From the NCBI GenBank assembly GCA_024704765.1, contig JAKMXF010000288.1, forward strand, positions 186,001 to 250,000: a DNA stretch of 64,000 nt, given 5' to 3'. Both the position numbers and the translations under genes were made by a program. The stretch is from Oopsacas minuta. Its lineage: Eukaryota; Animalia; Porifera. Positions within the stretch are counted from its first letter, which is position 1; each line of letters begins with the position of its first letter. Below, in pieces: positions 40,001 to 49,999 of this stretch. The notes under the pieces were generated by a model. That model was not told the origin of the DNA, searched no databases, and worked only from the letters and a program-made list of their open reading frames with translations.

Positions 40001-43000
40001 GACATTAAATCGTCGCCCCAGCTTACAAATAACAGAATTTATATCACACTAGAAACTTACCAAAACAAGTTCTATTATTTCTAGATACATAATACCCGTC
40101 ATTACAGAGACAAGTGAAACCTCCAGGTAAATTCAAACATCCATTCTGACACAAAGTTCCGTATAAGCGACAATCATCAATATCTAAATGAATCCATACA
40201 ATTTAAATCTACAGTCAACTCCTGCTATATCGAATGGGCCCCGATAATTACTTTATCACGAGCAGAGATTTATATAACCGAATGTTACTTTGACGGTTTG
40301 GGACTATATTTGACAATTTTCAGATTTTGATATAATAGAGTTGACTGCTTGTGAATTGATTGAGGAACTTTTAAGACCTCTCTCCTTTCGATACATGAAT
40401 CTATTCACCAACTCCCTAACATGCTTCTGTAACGCAATATAAGTTATGTCCCAGTTTCCATAGTTACCTCGTTGGTATTTGGCTACACCCCTCAGCGAGG
40501 GAGACTACTATTAACAAACTTACCATTAGCAACAAACTCAGCAGTAAACTGAGCACCAGCTGATCTATCGGATACATGCATCTTGACTAGCATGTAATTA
40601 TGGGTAGCAAGGAAAGTGTAATCACTGAAGTCACCACAATAGTTCCCATGAGAATACCCAAATATTTGGTGACCATCTACTACTTCCAATCCATTAATAC
40701 AATTTCTGTAGCTAAAATAAGACAGTCAATATATCAAAATGTTTAATGTTCGCTAAATATACAAATTCCCTGTAGTTAGCAACATTTTCATTGATCGACA
40801 ATCAATTAGGTTACGATAAATTGTACGTACTAATCCTTGTTTGCCGAAAGGGTATGTCTTATCCGAGTTCTACTGTATTTGTAACAAACAACAAACCTTC
40901 CAGGTATATTCATATCCACAACTAGACGTATATTATAACCGAGAGGTCCATGTATCAACCATTGACACTCATTACTGCGGTGAGTATCCACTGAATAACT
41001 GAATGCACCCGTGTAACCACTTATTAAACCCCCACATGATGTAGAGAATTCATTCTCTGGTGTAGGTGTAGTGTCGATAGGGAGAGCTGATGGTCTTTCA
41101 GGATAACCTAGTCAAAACATAGTATAAAATACTTACAGCAAAAGTTCCGCTTAAGCGTGACAGCAGCAGAACCATGCAAATATAGTCGAAATCGTGTTTT
41201 TCTTCTCGAAAATGCACAAGAGAGAATCTACTGTTTATGGAGAAACAAGCACATGCAATGGGGCAGAAATACACGATCTCGGCTGTAGTGTAAAAAGCGT
41301 AGTCTACTGTATTTGTTATTTGAGAAATCTGATAATTTATCGTAAATAACAACATAGTTATAACTACTGTGTTTGAGAAAGAAACCTAAGAAAATTATTT
41401 TTTTGATTTTGTATGAGGCTTTTTTGGTAGTAAAGGATTGCGTATTTTTGTATTCTTTTTCGCGAGTTTTTTGAACTTCTTGTGCTGTTGTTGTCGCTGT
41501 GTAGGGTTTATTATTTGTGAGGATTTCTTGGGTTTAGAACGGCTATCATGTGACATAATCTCCTTCACTTGTTTATATTTTTGTTTCTGTTTGTCTGCAT
41601 TTTTCTCAATTTTCACACCTTTTGCATTTTTCCGATTATAAGCATTTTTCGGAGTTTTGTGAACAAATCTTTTCTTTGAGGAATCAATATTCTTGTGTTT
41701 CGCATTTGCCTTCCTAACAACCAAATTCCTACCTTGGAATTCCTCTCCATGCTTCTTGAGAGCTAAAATTAAATCAGATTTTCCTTTGAAAGTTACAAAA
41801 CCGAATTTTTTACTCTCTCCTGTAACTCTATCAGTCACAATGTGCGCTTTTACCACGTTACCACAGTCAGCGAAAAATTCCCATAATTTTTCCTCATCAA
41901 CTTCTGAGTGTAGATTAGAAACAAAAACAGTTGTTTTGAAGTCTTTTTTCTCGTTTTTACCACACAAATCAACATTTATATGTCTTCCTGCAACTAATTG
42001 CCCGTTCAACTTAGTAACGGCCTTTTCAGTATGTTTAATTTTTGTAAATACAACGTATCCGTATAGAGATTTTACTGATGGCATTTTATGTTTTAAGACC
42101 ATATGTGCTGGGATTTTAGCTTTTGAAGTTGAAACCGCTCGGATTCTCGCACTTTGAACTTCGCCGATTTCTTTGAAAAGTTTTGTAAGTTTTTTAACAT
42201 TATAAGTGGTAGGTAAATTTCCAACGTAAATAGTATATTTGTCTTGTTCAGATCTATCAACCATATTCCCTGATTCGTCCTCACTTTCATCTGATTCAAT
42301 AGATTCTTCACTTATTTGTTTGTTTGAAGATGGTTTTTCATGTTTACTTTTTTGTTGTTTTGGGAGCGAAAAAGACTCAAAAGTTGGAGGATCATTTGTT
42401 GATTTTTTGAAATGTTTGGCTAGCTCAGACATGACACTTTGTTGGGTATTAATGAAGATATATTAATTTGTATGGGAGAATAATTATAAACAGGATGGTT
42501 GTGCAACAAATACCAAAGGTGATACAGGGTGCCAGTGATATCGAAAATTCTCGTTTGTGGAGGTTCATTTGTGTAGAGGACTTGGAATTCGCTCTACAGT
42601 GGAACCTCGTTGATACGAACACCAACGGATGGTCAAAATTAGTTCGCATTATCCGGAGTTTGCGTATTAACCGGGGTAACATCAATTGAATAATCATTGT
42701 ATGGACCTGATTTTGTGGATTTTTTTCAGATTCACCGTGTCCGTATTAACGAGAGTCTACTATATATATTTTTAAGAGGTTCACCACTTACACAGGGCCC
42801 GTTTGTTGAGGCTAGACTGTAGTACCTCGAAAAGCAACCGGGGAGTTCATCAATTTTTAGCACCCATTAGCGAGGGGGCCATGGCTCACACTGACCTTAA
42901 GACATATTCATATCTCGGTACCCCACAGTATAAATTATAATGTATAACTTACTACTACAGCTGTACATGAGATTAGCTTGTAGAGCATCTAGTTGAGACA

Positions 43001-46000
43001 GTCCATACTCTGGACCGATAGGAATGCCAGGTTCTAGAGCTTCTATAGTATCTTTACCGTTAATACTGAATGCTTTCCCTGTGTAGTGCATAACGGAATT
43101 ATAGTCATATGTGACACCTCTTGAATCGATATGGTAGTAAGGGAGTTTTCCGAAATTGTGTTGAAGATATGTAGGAATATTCTCAAAGTTTACTTGAATA
43201 TACTCGTCTCTATTGAGGGATAATTAAGTATAATTACACCATAGGGTGTATACAGGAAAATATTCGTATTGAATATATAGAATTATACGAAGCAAGACTG
43301 GTTAATACAGGTGAATCTTGTTAATACAAACTCTGGAATAAGAGAACACATTTTGACCGTACGCTCTTGTTCGTACTAACGAAGTTCCGCTGTAGTAACC
43401 GAAAGTACGTTCTACGCACTATAATTGATAAAAGACATGGACTAACAAGGTTGAAGTCTAAAATTGGGGAAATTGGCAATTACGAAAGATCCAAGAATTC
43501 CTACCATAGTAAAAGTGAAAAATTATCGGTTTGATTAAGAGAATTCATCTCAATTTGGAGGTGACAATGATTAGCAAATCTTGAAACTATTATCCTCGGA
43601 TAGGAATCAAGTTTAGAGGTATAAGAGTCTTTCATGGAAAATATGGAAAGTTTAATTAACACTAGCATCCAAATGTTCAACAAGTAAGTGAATCACAATT
43701 TGAATAGAATACGAAGCAAACTGGACAATTTCAAGCTAGATACGAAAATACACTCTTAGAATTCGAGTCCAAAACAAAAGAATTCCATAAAATGGACTTA
43801 TCACAGTCTTGATGCCTTTGTCCACAAGCTTTGTTATTGTACAAAAGTATATCTAACACCTATTTATCATATATGGACCTTCACAAAGAATGTGGCAATG
43901 TCTGTTCTATTTTTAACGAATATACGCGAAACTGTATTTGGAATACGTATTCCAAAACATTGATTACTATTTGAATAGAGATTTGTTACACTTACAACTA
44001 CAATTTGATTTGGTAATTGAACCGACAATTGTTTGGATATGAAATTTATTTCTTTTGAATATTTTAATTGTTAATTAACGCTTTTTCAGAAAAGACAGCT
44101 GTTTAGTGGTTAATTTCCCACTAATGCAATGTGTGACACGTGGAGTACGTGGACCTGAGCCCTTAGGGGACTTATGGGAGCGTCAACAGGTGTGTACATA
44201 GGTGACTGTCGAGGAACATTGATCAAATACATTAGCTCTGTAAATGACACTTAATCTAGCAAACAAAATGAAAATTTCTGTATATAGAAATTCGTGGTTA
44301 TTAAATCAGCTTAATATGACAGAGATTCCATAGGGAACCACCGCTGGCTTATCATATACCGCAGGAAAATATGGAGACATTCTAAACCTCTGAAGCAATA
44401 TCCGACGGAAGTTGTAAATTCTCCTAACTTCATTGATTAGTCACTAAAATTAATAACCATATTGCCATATGGATAATGATTAATAAATCAAATCATTACT
44501 AGATATCTAGACCAGAAAGTGAAAGTTCTCTCATTGAATAATATGTATAACAGTCAGTGGTGCTTATCACGAGCTCTGACGGAAATTTTCAGATATTATT
44601 ATCATCAGTGATAGTTTGCTGGGATGGGGAGGGGGGGCAGGCGGGAATCCTGCATCGAGTGTATGGCCAGCACTCCCCTGTAGTTTGGAGGGAAGATATG
44701 TCCTTACCTGTCTGGTCTGTTCATTTCATGCCAGAAACCAACTGAGTGACCAATCTCGTGTGTAATAGAAGAGAAGTAGTTACAGTATTGCCCAATTGAA
44801 ATATACTGTCTGCCTAGATTTAAACGACCAATGAAAGAGCAGCATCTATAGACAGATATAAGGTAAAATAAATTTTCTCTCATCAGATCTGATAGTTTCA
44901 AATATTTGTCACCTATCTCAGATAGTTTTTGAGATTTCGCTTAGATATCAAAATGACAAAATTACCAAATTTCAAATTTGTAGCTCTTACCAGTTTCTCA
45001 ATAATTTCCGGAGAAAAAAGCAAACATGGTTGAGTTTTACATTCGTATAAGATATACATACCCAGCTCCTTTGAAGAATTCAATGTAATTATATTCAGTT
45101 GTCCTAGCAGTGAATCTGATACATGTCAGCTCTTCCCAGTGCTTCATTGCGTATATAATATTACCACGAACACTATCTATATGAGTAATAAGGTTACTAC
45201 AGTGTAACATCCGTTAATAAGGTACAGAAACGAATGCTATCCTGTTACCTCGATGGTGGAGGTTCATTAGGATGGGGCTAGGAATTTGCTCTATTAAAAT
45301 TTCACCCCATTTCCACAGCCCCGTTAATTGTACAAATAAGGTCATAAACCGCCAAAGTAACATATAATTCATCGGTTGAATTGAAGTAATTATCACGGTC
45401 CCTTGAGTATCGATATTTTTGGAGTTGACTGTAACTATGACGTAATAATAACCTGCAATAGAACTATGAAATGCATAGGGAACAAGTGCATTTGGCCATA
45501 GCTTGTTCGGATTAGCTGTTGCTCCTCTCCTGTCTCTCCCTCCAGGGGTACCCTGAGAAGGGAGTAGAATGTAGCTTGTATTCGTAATTGGGTTAACCAT
45601 AATACCCAGTCCAATGTCTCCTTCATAAGTAGCTACAAACATATGTTAGTAAATAATTTCAAAAACTTTAAGTTCCGATTTGGTCAAATTTATGATCGGA
45701 AATGTCTGTAATTTTTAGAGAAACTATTCGAGGAACTTGAATGCTAAGTAATTACTAATGATAGGAGTTCAGAAAGAAGCTTAAGATCGTGTGTACAGCA
45801 TTCCATTGGCAGTTGCTGGCTACCATGAACGTCAAATTAAATACAGTGGGGGGAAGCAGACAATCACATAATTCGAAGTGAATAACGATTACGAGATCTA
45901 CGTATGTACAAGTGAACAATTAAAGAGGACCCACTATATGTGCATTACGCCAATATATTAATTCCCTTGAAATTATATGATTCATTATAGCTAGTTAGTT

Positions 46001-46210
46001 ACCTGCTGAACTACATGGATCTCCAGCGAAATCATACGGTCCCTGTACATACTCATCCTCCGGTATATACACATACTTCATATCACCTGTGGATTCAGTG
46101 ACCTCAGGTGGTGGAGTAGTAGAGGTGTCGGATATTTGAGCGGGGAATACATAGCAGATATACAATAGTATGATTAGAATAGAGATTGTGGAGTGACCAA
46201 TCAAATGCAT
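31047..46210 (-). CDS. Tolloid/BMP1-related astacin metalloprotease: signal - propeptide - astacin - CUB - ~20 EGF-like modules - CUB - CUB
   Basis: Signal exon at 46210; RDRR furin-like site then [16 protein letters not shown]; zinc motif [18 protein letters not shown] (~44760); Met-turn YDYNSVMHY (~43095); CUB exons 41107-40519; phase-1 EGF exons from 40186 to ~32130 (DIDEC/DVNEC...); two terminal CUB exons ending GGFYGTTF* at 31047. The exon phases I checked are compatible. Confidence 0.8.
34328..34373 (-). repeat. (TTTG)n microsatellite directly after a GTGAGT donor
   Basis: AAAC/CTAACAAA units abutting ctcacc at 34374-34379. Confidence 0.9.
37411..37780. mobile_element. hAT-type MITE with perfect 8-bp target-site duplication
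   Basis: TTTCGAAT|CAGAGCTGCAAATGGGTCA ... TGACCCATTTGTAGCTCTG|TTTCGAAT; clustered subterminal TGACCCA(T) motifs. Confidence 0.9.
38229..39518 (-). CDS. Secreted, inactive serine carboxypeptidase (S10)-like protein with a large His/Cys/Pro/Thr-rich insert; nested in an intron of the astacin gene
   Basis: 429-aa single-exon ORF with signal peptide. S10 motifs LWYFPS..KPLLVW..GGPY and [15 protein letters not shown]. The GESYAG position reads GKDMGA. Two poly-His tracts. Confidence 0.85.
   Translation of the reverse strand: MQIFHIFLACLVATLANCRPISDETAGNIEPHNHLITIHDNQFNLWYFPSNSKDAKQKPLLVWFGDGKTSALVDVFRTGGPYELSFASDDNISRHHPTSSPCCKCNCPPCPTAPTHPDDVDRHGHHHHHHHPHPPHCPPCPKPTPPIPTNSPINPSAPTSSPATSSSTNTAAVDSSINNEDIIIYHHHKHHHHHHHHCCPCTNTTTVPVFTITHAGIPTSSTRSSSGPSEKPRPGPKHLSLDMEYESNPVDEQMRIEFNTNPESWNENANIVYLDFAAGYARPTSNDFDFQILISEFCHLYPSLTGSDLYLGGKDMGAVVAAKAFAEIRASNLTKLNLNGYIFSLLAPDEIGTSELIDDVTLVLNNEQYKQQIGRENNEIWYPYISNSLENDHFSYEQLLKFTDENSGKFSTVISGRDITVDDLQYLNM
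40212..40347. mobile_element. CAGT-type MITE in an astacin-gene intron
   Basis: TA|CAGTCAACTCC ... GAGTTGACTG. Confidence 0.65.
41395..42432 (-). CDS. RBM34: RNA-binding protein 34 (Nop12 homolog, 2 RRM), single exon; nested in an intron of the astacin gene
   Basis: [22 protein letters not shown]; [34 protein letters not shown]; Lys-rich nucleolar-type tail. Confidence 0.88.
   Translation of the reverse strand: MSELAKHFKKSTNDPPTFESFSLPKQQKSKHEKPSSNKQISEESIESDESEDESGNMVDRSEQDKYTIYVGNLPTTYNVKKLTKLFKEIGEVQSARIRAVSTSKAKIPAHMVLKHKMPSVKSLYGYVVFTKIKHTEKAVTKLNGQLVAGRHINVDLCGKNEKKDFKTTVFVSNLHSEVDEEKLWEFFADCGNVVKAHIVTDRVTGESKKFGFVTFKGKSDLILALKKHGEEFQGRNLVVRKANAKHKNIDSSKKRFVHKTPKNAYNRKNAKGVKIEKNADKQKQKYKQVKEIMSHDSRSKPKKSSQIINPTQRQQQHKKFKKLAKKNTKIRNPLLPKKPHTKSKK
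42597..42762. mobile_element. CAGT-type MITE, third family ('aacctcgttaatacg')
   Basis: TA|CAGTGGAACCTCGTTGATACG ... CGTATTAACGAGAGTCTACTA|TA. Relatives near 5760, 17575-17697, 34070-34140, 43320-43395 and 53020. Confidence 0.65.
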
Positions 46211-47155
46211 TGCTTAGTTGCTAGAGATGATACAGTAGTATAAATAGAAATCTGAATAATTATTAGAATATAAGCAAACAGATTAGCAAAACCTCAAAAT
46301 TTACATAAATACTTGCAAAGGGTGTTGATCTTACAAAATAATTCAATAATATATATGACATATACGTATATTTGTGAATTACATTGTTCTAAATATATCT
46401 ATACTATAATACTCAAAGGGGCCGTCAATTTGGAGGATAATGGATACCTCGAGGTTGCTGCGCCGAGTCCATCGCGAAGCGACGAGCCAAATGCACGTTA
46501 TACAGTGGATGCCTGTTATAAGAATGCCCCTTGGGAGTAGCAATATATGTTCCTATAACCGGATAAATATACAGGAATATATAAGAACCGTTCTTCCAGA
46601 GTATGTGCTTATATCCGGCATGTTCTCATATCCGGTATCCTTATAAGCGGACATACACAGACATCACATACACAGCTTGGAATAGTCAAATCTTATCAGC
46701 AATCGATAACTGAATTTTGAAATAATCATTTGTAGTAAGAGACTATAAGATAATTGTAACAATTGGTCAGATAGTTATACGTAACTTGAGAACAAAGTCT
46801 TGGTAGACTTCACTGTATCTTGAATTTCACCAAATCAGGGTCACATATATATTAGGTTACTGATGAAAGTGTACCGGATAATAGAGGGTAAATATGATCA
46901 TGTGTTAACGGAGCGGAGGAGACAGTAATAAGTATCGAACAGGTTGTTTGAATTACAAATATATTCATTGAGAGTTGTAAGAGAATGGTAGGTGCATGCT
47001 TACAAATATTGGACACTATAAAAGGAAAGTTTCATAATGACTTATAAATTTCAAATATTCGGAGGAGCTGATATATACAGTAAGAACCAAGGATATCACA
47101 GGTAAATATATTCATTCACAAAGGAAACAAACTGCATTAATGAATTAATGTACAT

Positions 47156-47408
47156 CAGGCTTGGACCGGGTCATGATTTCCTGACCCGGTGACTCGGTTT
47201 TTTAGAACTTTAATTTTCTATATTCATGCGATTTGATAATGATTAGATTTTACTAAGTTTGAAAATCCAGGGAAATTTGTAGAAGGGGTTGATAAGTCTG
47301 AAAAGGGTACATTTAATTATCTATAAGGATATAAACCGGGTCAAGTCAAAATCAGTGACCCGGTTCAGACCCAAAATTTATTGAAAATAGTGACCCGGTC
47401 CAAGCCTG
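47156..47408. mobile_element. hAT-type MITE with perfect 18-bp TIRs
   Basis: CAGGCTTGGACCGGGTCA ... TGACCCGGTCCAAGCCTG; flanks ATGTACAT / GTGTACAC (6 of 8 identical); subterminal TGACCCGG repeats. Confidence 0.85.
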
Positions 47409-47558
47409 GTGTACACATATTGCTTAATTTTTCATATCAATATTTGTAAATTTTGAGTCTTTTCGTGAAGATTTTTAGAAAATATTCTTGCAAAAATTCT
47501 CATAAAAATAATATTCGAAGTGAATTAATAATATTTCTCAATTCTAGAATTTACATAA

Positions 47559-48014
47559 ATGGACCCACAGATCTCGCCAGGAATAATTATCCCAATTTGT
47601 ACTTGGGCAGCAATAGTACTCTTCATAACACCTTTCATTCTAAGCTGCTGTATAAAATACTGCAAAACACATCCTCAATCGAAAATTACAAAATGCATTA
47701 ATGCACCATTATTTCTCACCAAAACGTGTATAAATGCAACTTTCAAACACAAGAAATATGTCATGAATGAAGGCACGATACATGTGAACACACACACACA
47801 ACAAGATGTCGAAACTGGCAACATAACAACAAGGACAATTGCAGAAACATCAACTACAACAAACCCCGAGACAATAGAGAATATTTCAAACACCCCAACG
47901 CTTGAAACTGATAAATATTTGCAAGATATCCCAGAAATTCCTGAAACTCCTGTTGATATTGTAATTGAGAATTTTGAGAGTAACACTGAACAGGGTTATG
48001 AATCTAAACTATAA
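47559..48014 (+). CDS. Small single-pass membrane protein (N-terminal TM, juxtamembrane Cys, acidic T/E-rich tail)
   Basis: 151-aa ATG ORF: IIIPICTWAAIVLFITPFILSCCIKYC followed by a long hydrophilic tail. Confidence 0.6.
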   Translation: MDPQISPGIIIPICTWAAIVLFITPFILSCCIKYCKTHPQSKITKCINAPLFLTKTCINATFKHKKYVMNEGTIHVNTHTQQDVETGNITTRTIAETSTTTNPETIENISNTPTLETDKYLQDIPEIPETPVDIVIENFESNTEQGYESKL

Positions 48015-48283
48015 TTTGTTTCTAATTCTTTACAAAATAAATACAAACACCTTTGTAGTTTCATTTGAATGCTACATTTTCTGCTTAACAGAACCACCGG
48101 TTAATCGGGTCAAATTTCCTAAAGTCTACTGTATTGTTGTTTCAATAGAAATATTTTCAATAACGAATCTGCTAATAATGCATTCTTACAAATTTGTTTA
48201 CAATCAACACTTCTTTGTTAGAATTCCACGGCCAAATATAAATATACATAAATTGAAAAGATACACAAATTTGGTTGTCACAG

Positions 48284-48571
48284 ATGTTGACTGATCAAAT
48301 AGTATTTTCATTGATAATTTCGCTATTGTGTGTGACTGGGAGTTTAGTCGGTACAATAGCTACAATATTTTTGATTGTATTAAAATGGTGTATGCATTCC
48401 TGTGTTGACGAGTTCGTTGTTCACCCGCTTGCAGACGAGGTGAGGGCAAGACAAGAGACAGCTATGACAACGAATATTGATGCAGTCCCTCCTTCATATT
48501 CACAGTCTAGAATAGAAGATAATCCACCACCAAAATATCCTGACGTTATCAACGTGAAAATGGAGTGCTGA
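48284..48571 (+). CDS. Small single-pass membrane protein with two PPxY motifs
   Basis: First ATG at 48284 (the ORF track starts at TTG). TM IVFSLIISLLCVTGSLVGTIATIFLIVL, then KWCMHSC, then PPSY and PPPKY. Confidence 0.65.
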   Translation: MLTDQIVFSLIISLLCVTGSLVGTIATIFLIVLKWCMHSCVDEFVVHPLADEVRARQETAMTTNIDAVPPSYSQSRIEDNPPPKYPDVINVKMEC

Positions 48572-49285
48572 TGGTGCAATAAATATACCCAATATCTATT
48601 TTTAAACATTATGCAGACTGAGGCTACGTTTACTGTAATTGATATTCCAAGAAAAATATATTAAATTTCCGATAAACAACTTACTATTTCTTGATTTCTA
48701 ATTAAAAACACGCGTCGCGGTCATCAAAAATTTACTTTTGCAAGTGTAGACTGTTTTTATAGGAAAACAAACCACTCTATTATGGATACAATTACAATAA
48801 AATGGATGTGTATTGAATTATGATTGTAGGCGAATGCCGGCCACAAAGATCACCCAATTCAAACGTCATATGCGTAGATATATCTTACAGAGGAATATAA
48901 TTCTAATGATTAATGTCCAGTGTGTTTTGTTCTCCTTTTATAGAAGTGTGGTAGTGTTTGTGTGGGGGGGTATTATCATGAAAGTTGGAGAAAGTCATTT
49001 GATTAAATCATTCAAAACGGTAGATAATTGCATTGAATAAGTAGGAAGCTTGCTTATTCATTATAATGAGATTACATATAAAACTATGCAAGAGCGAATT
49101 TATGTTATTAAAGTCTGGAATGATTAGTATAATCTATGAGCAAAAAGGACAAACCATTCTCCTAACAGACCTTCATATAATGTATTACTACATGATGGAC
49201 AACTTCCAAAATTCGACAACTTCTGAAGATCCGGCACAAGCGGTCCCAAAAGTGACGCATTTCCGAGGTTTACCTAAATTAATTA

Positions 49286-49386
49286 CAGTAGACTCCGTTT
49301 AATAGAGCCACTGGTTAATCGGGCCAATACCCTTATTCCACCTAATGGGGTCCAAATAGTGTGACCCTATGAAGTTGAGTCTACTG
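49286..49386. mobile_element. CAGT-type MITE
   Basis: TA|CAGTAGACTC ... GAGTCTACTG|TA: perfect 10-bp TIR. Confidence 0.75.
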
Positions 49387-49999
49387 TAATTCCGTATATT
49401 ACATTGCATTTTGGGATATAATTTTTGCTTAGAACTGTTATACGTATAATAATTCTACTCCATGAATTACAATATGTGTAATAGATAATAATTACATTAG
49501 AGATAACTTACTCGCAGTAGTGTAATGTGTGTCTTGGAATGCTCATTTGTATCTGTAATCCGACCTACTTAAAATTAAACAGCTGATAAGTGATAAATAA
49601 ATATTCACACTTCGATAATGAATAAAAATTCAGGAATTCCGAGATCCCGGGGAGGATTAGCAAGCATTAACTACTGTTCTATTGTTGTGACAGCCTATTC
49701 GGGATTCTTTTAGCCAATTATACACAATTTACAACGGATACCGACATTTCGTACACGACTTATGTTGAATACATTTTAGGCACTGAACGACATCAGGGCT
49801 CAACTGGACCTCAAAATTTGTATTGCACCAATGAGAAGGAGTCCACAGAATGTGTTACAAGTGGGATCGGGGTCCACTATGGAAAGAAATGTCGGTGTTC
49901 CAATTTCTATTCCAGGGGATCATTTGTGTGCAATATTGACAGCACTCAATTACTATTTAAATAAACAGATTATTCATAATAATACAGTGCATTACTGAG

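Noticed and set aside
46313-46646. GC-richer patch with two short plus-strand ORFs upstream of the astacin gene
   Set aside because: No recognisable domain, and part of it is a MITE-like repeat; more likely promoter or TE debris.
49618-49713. PRSRGGL peptide resembling the non-LTR retrotransposon LPxxxGGLG motif
   Set aside because: Only seven residues in a 31-codon frame, with no RT motifs nearby.
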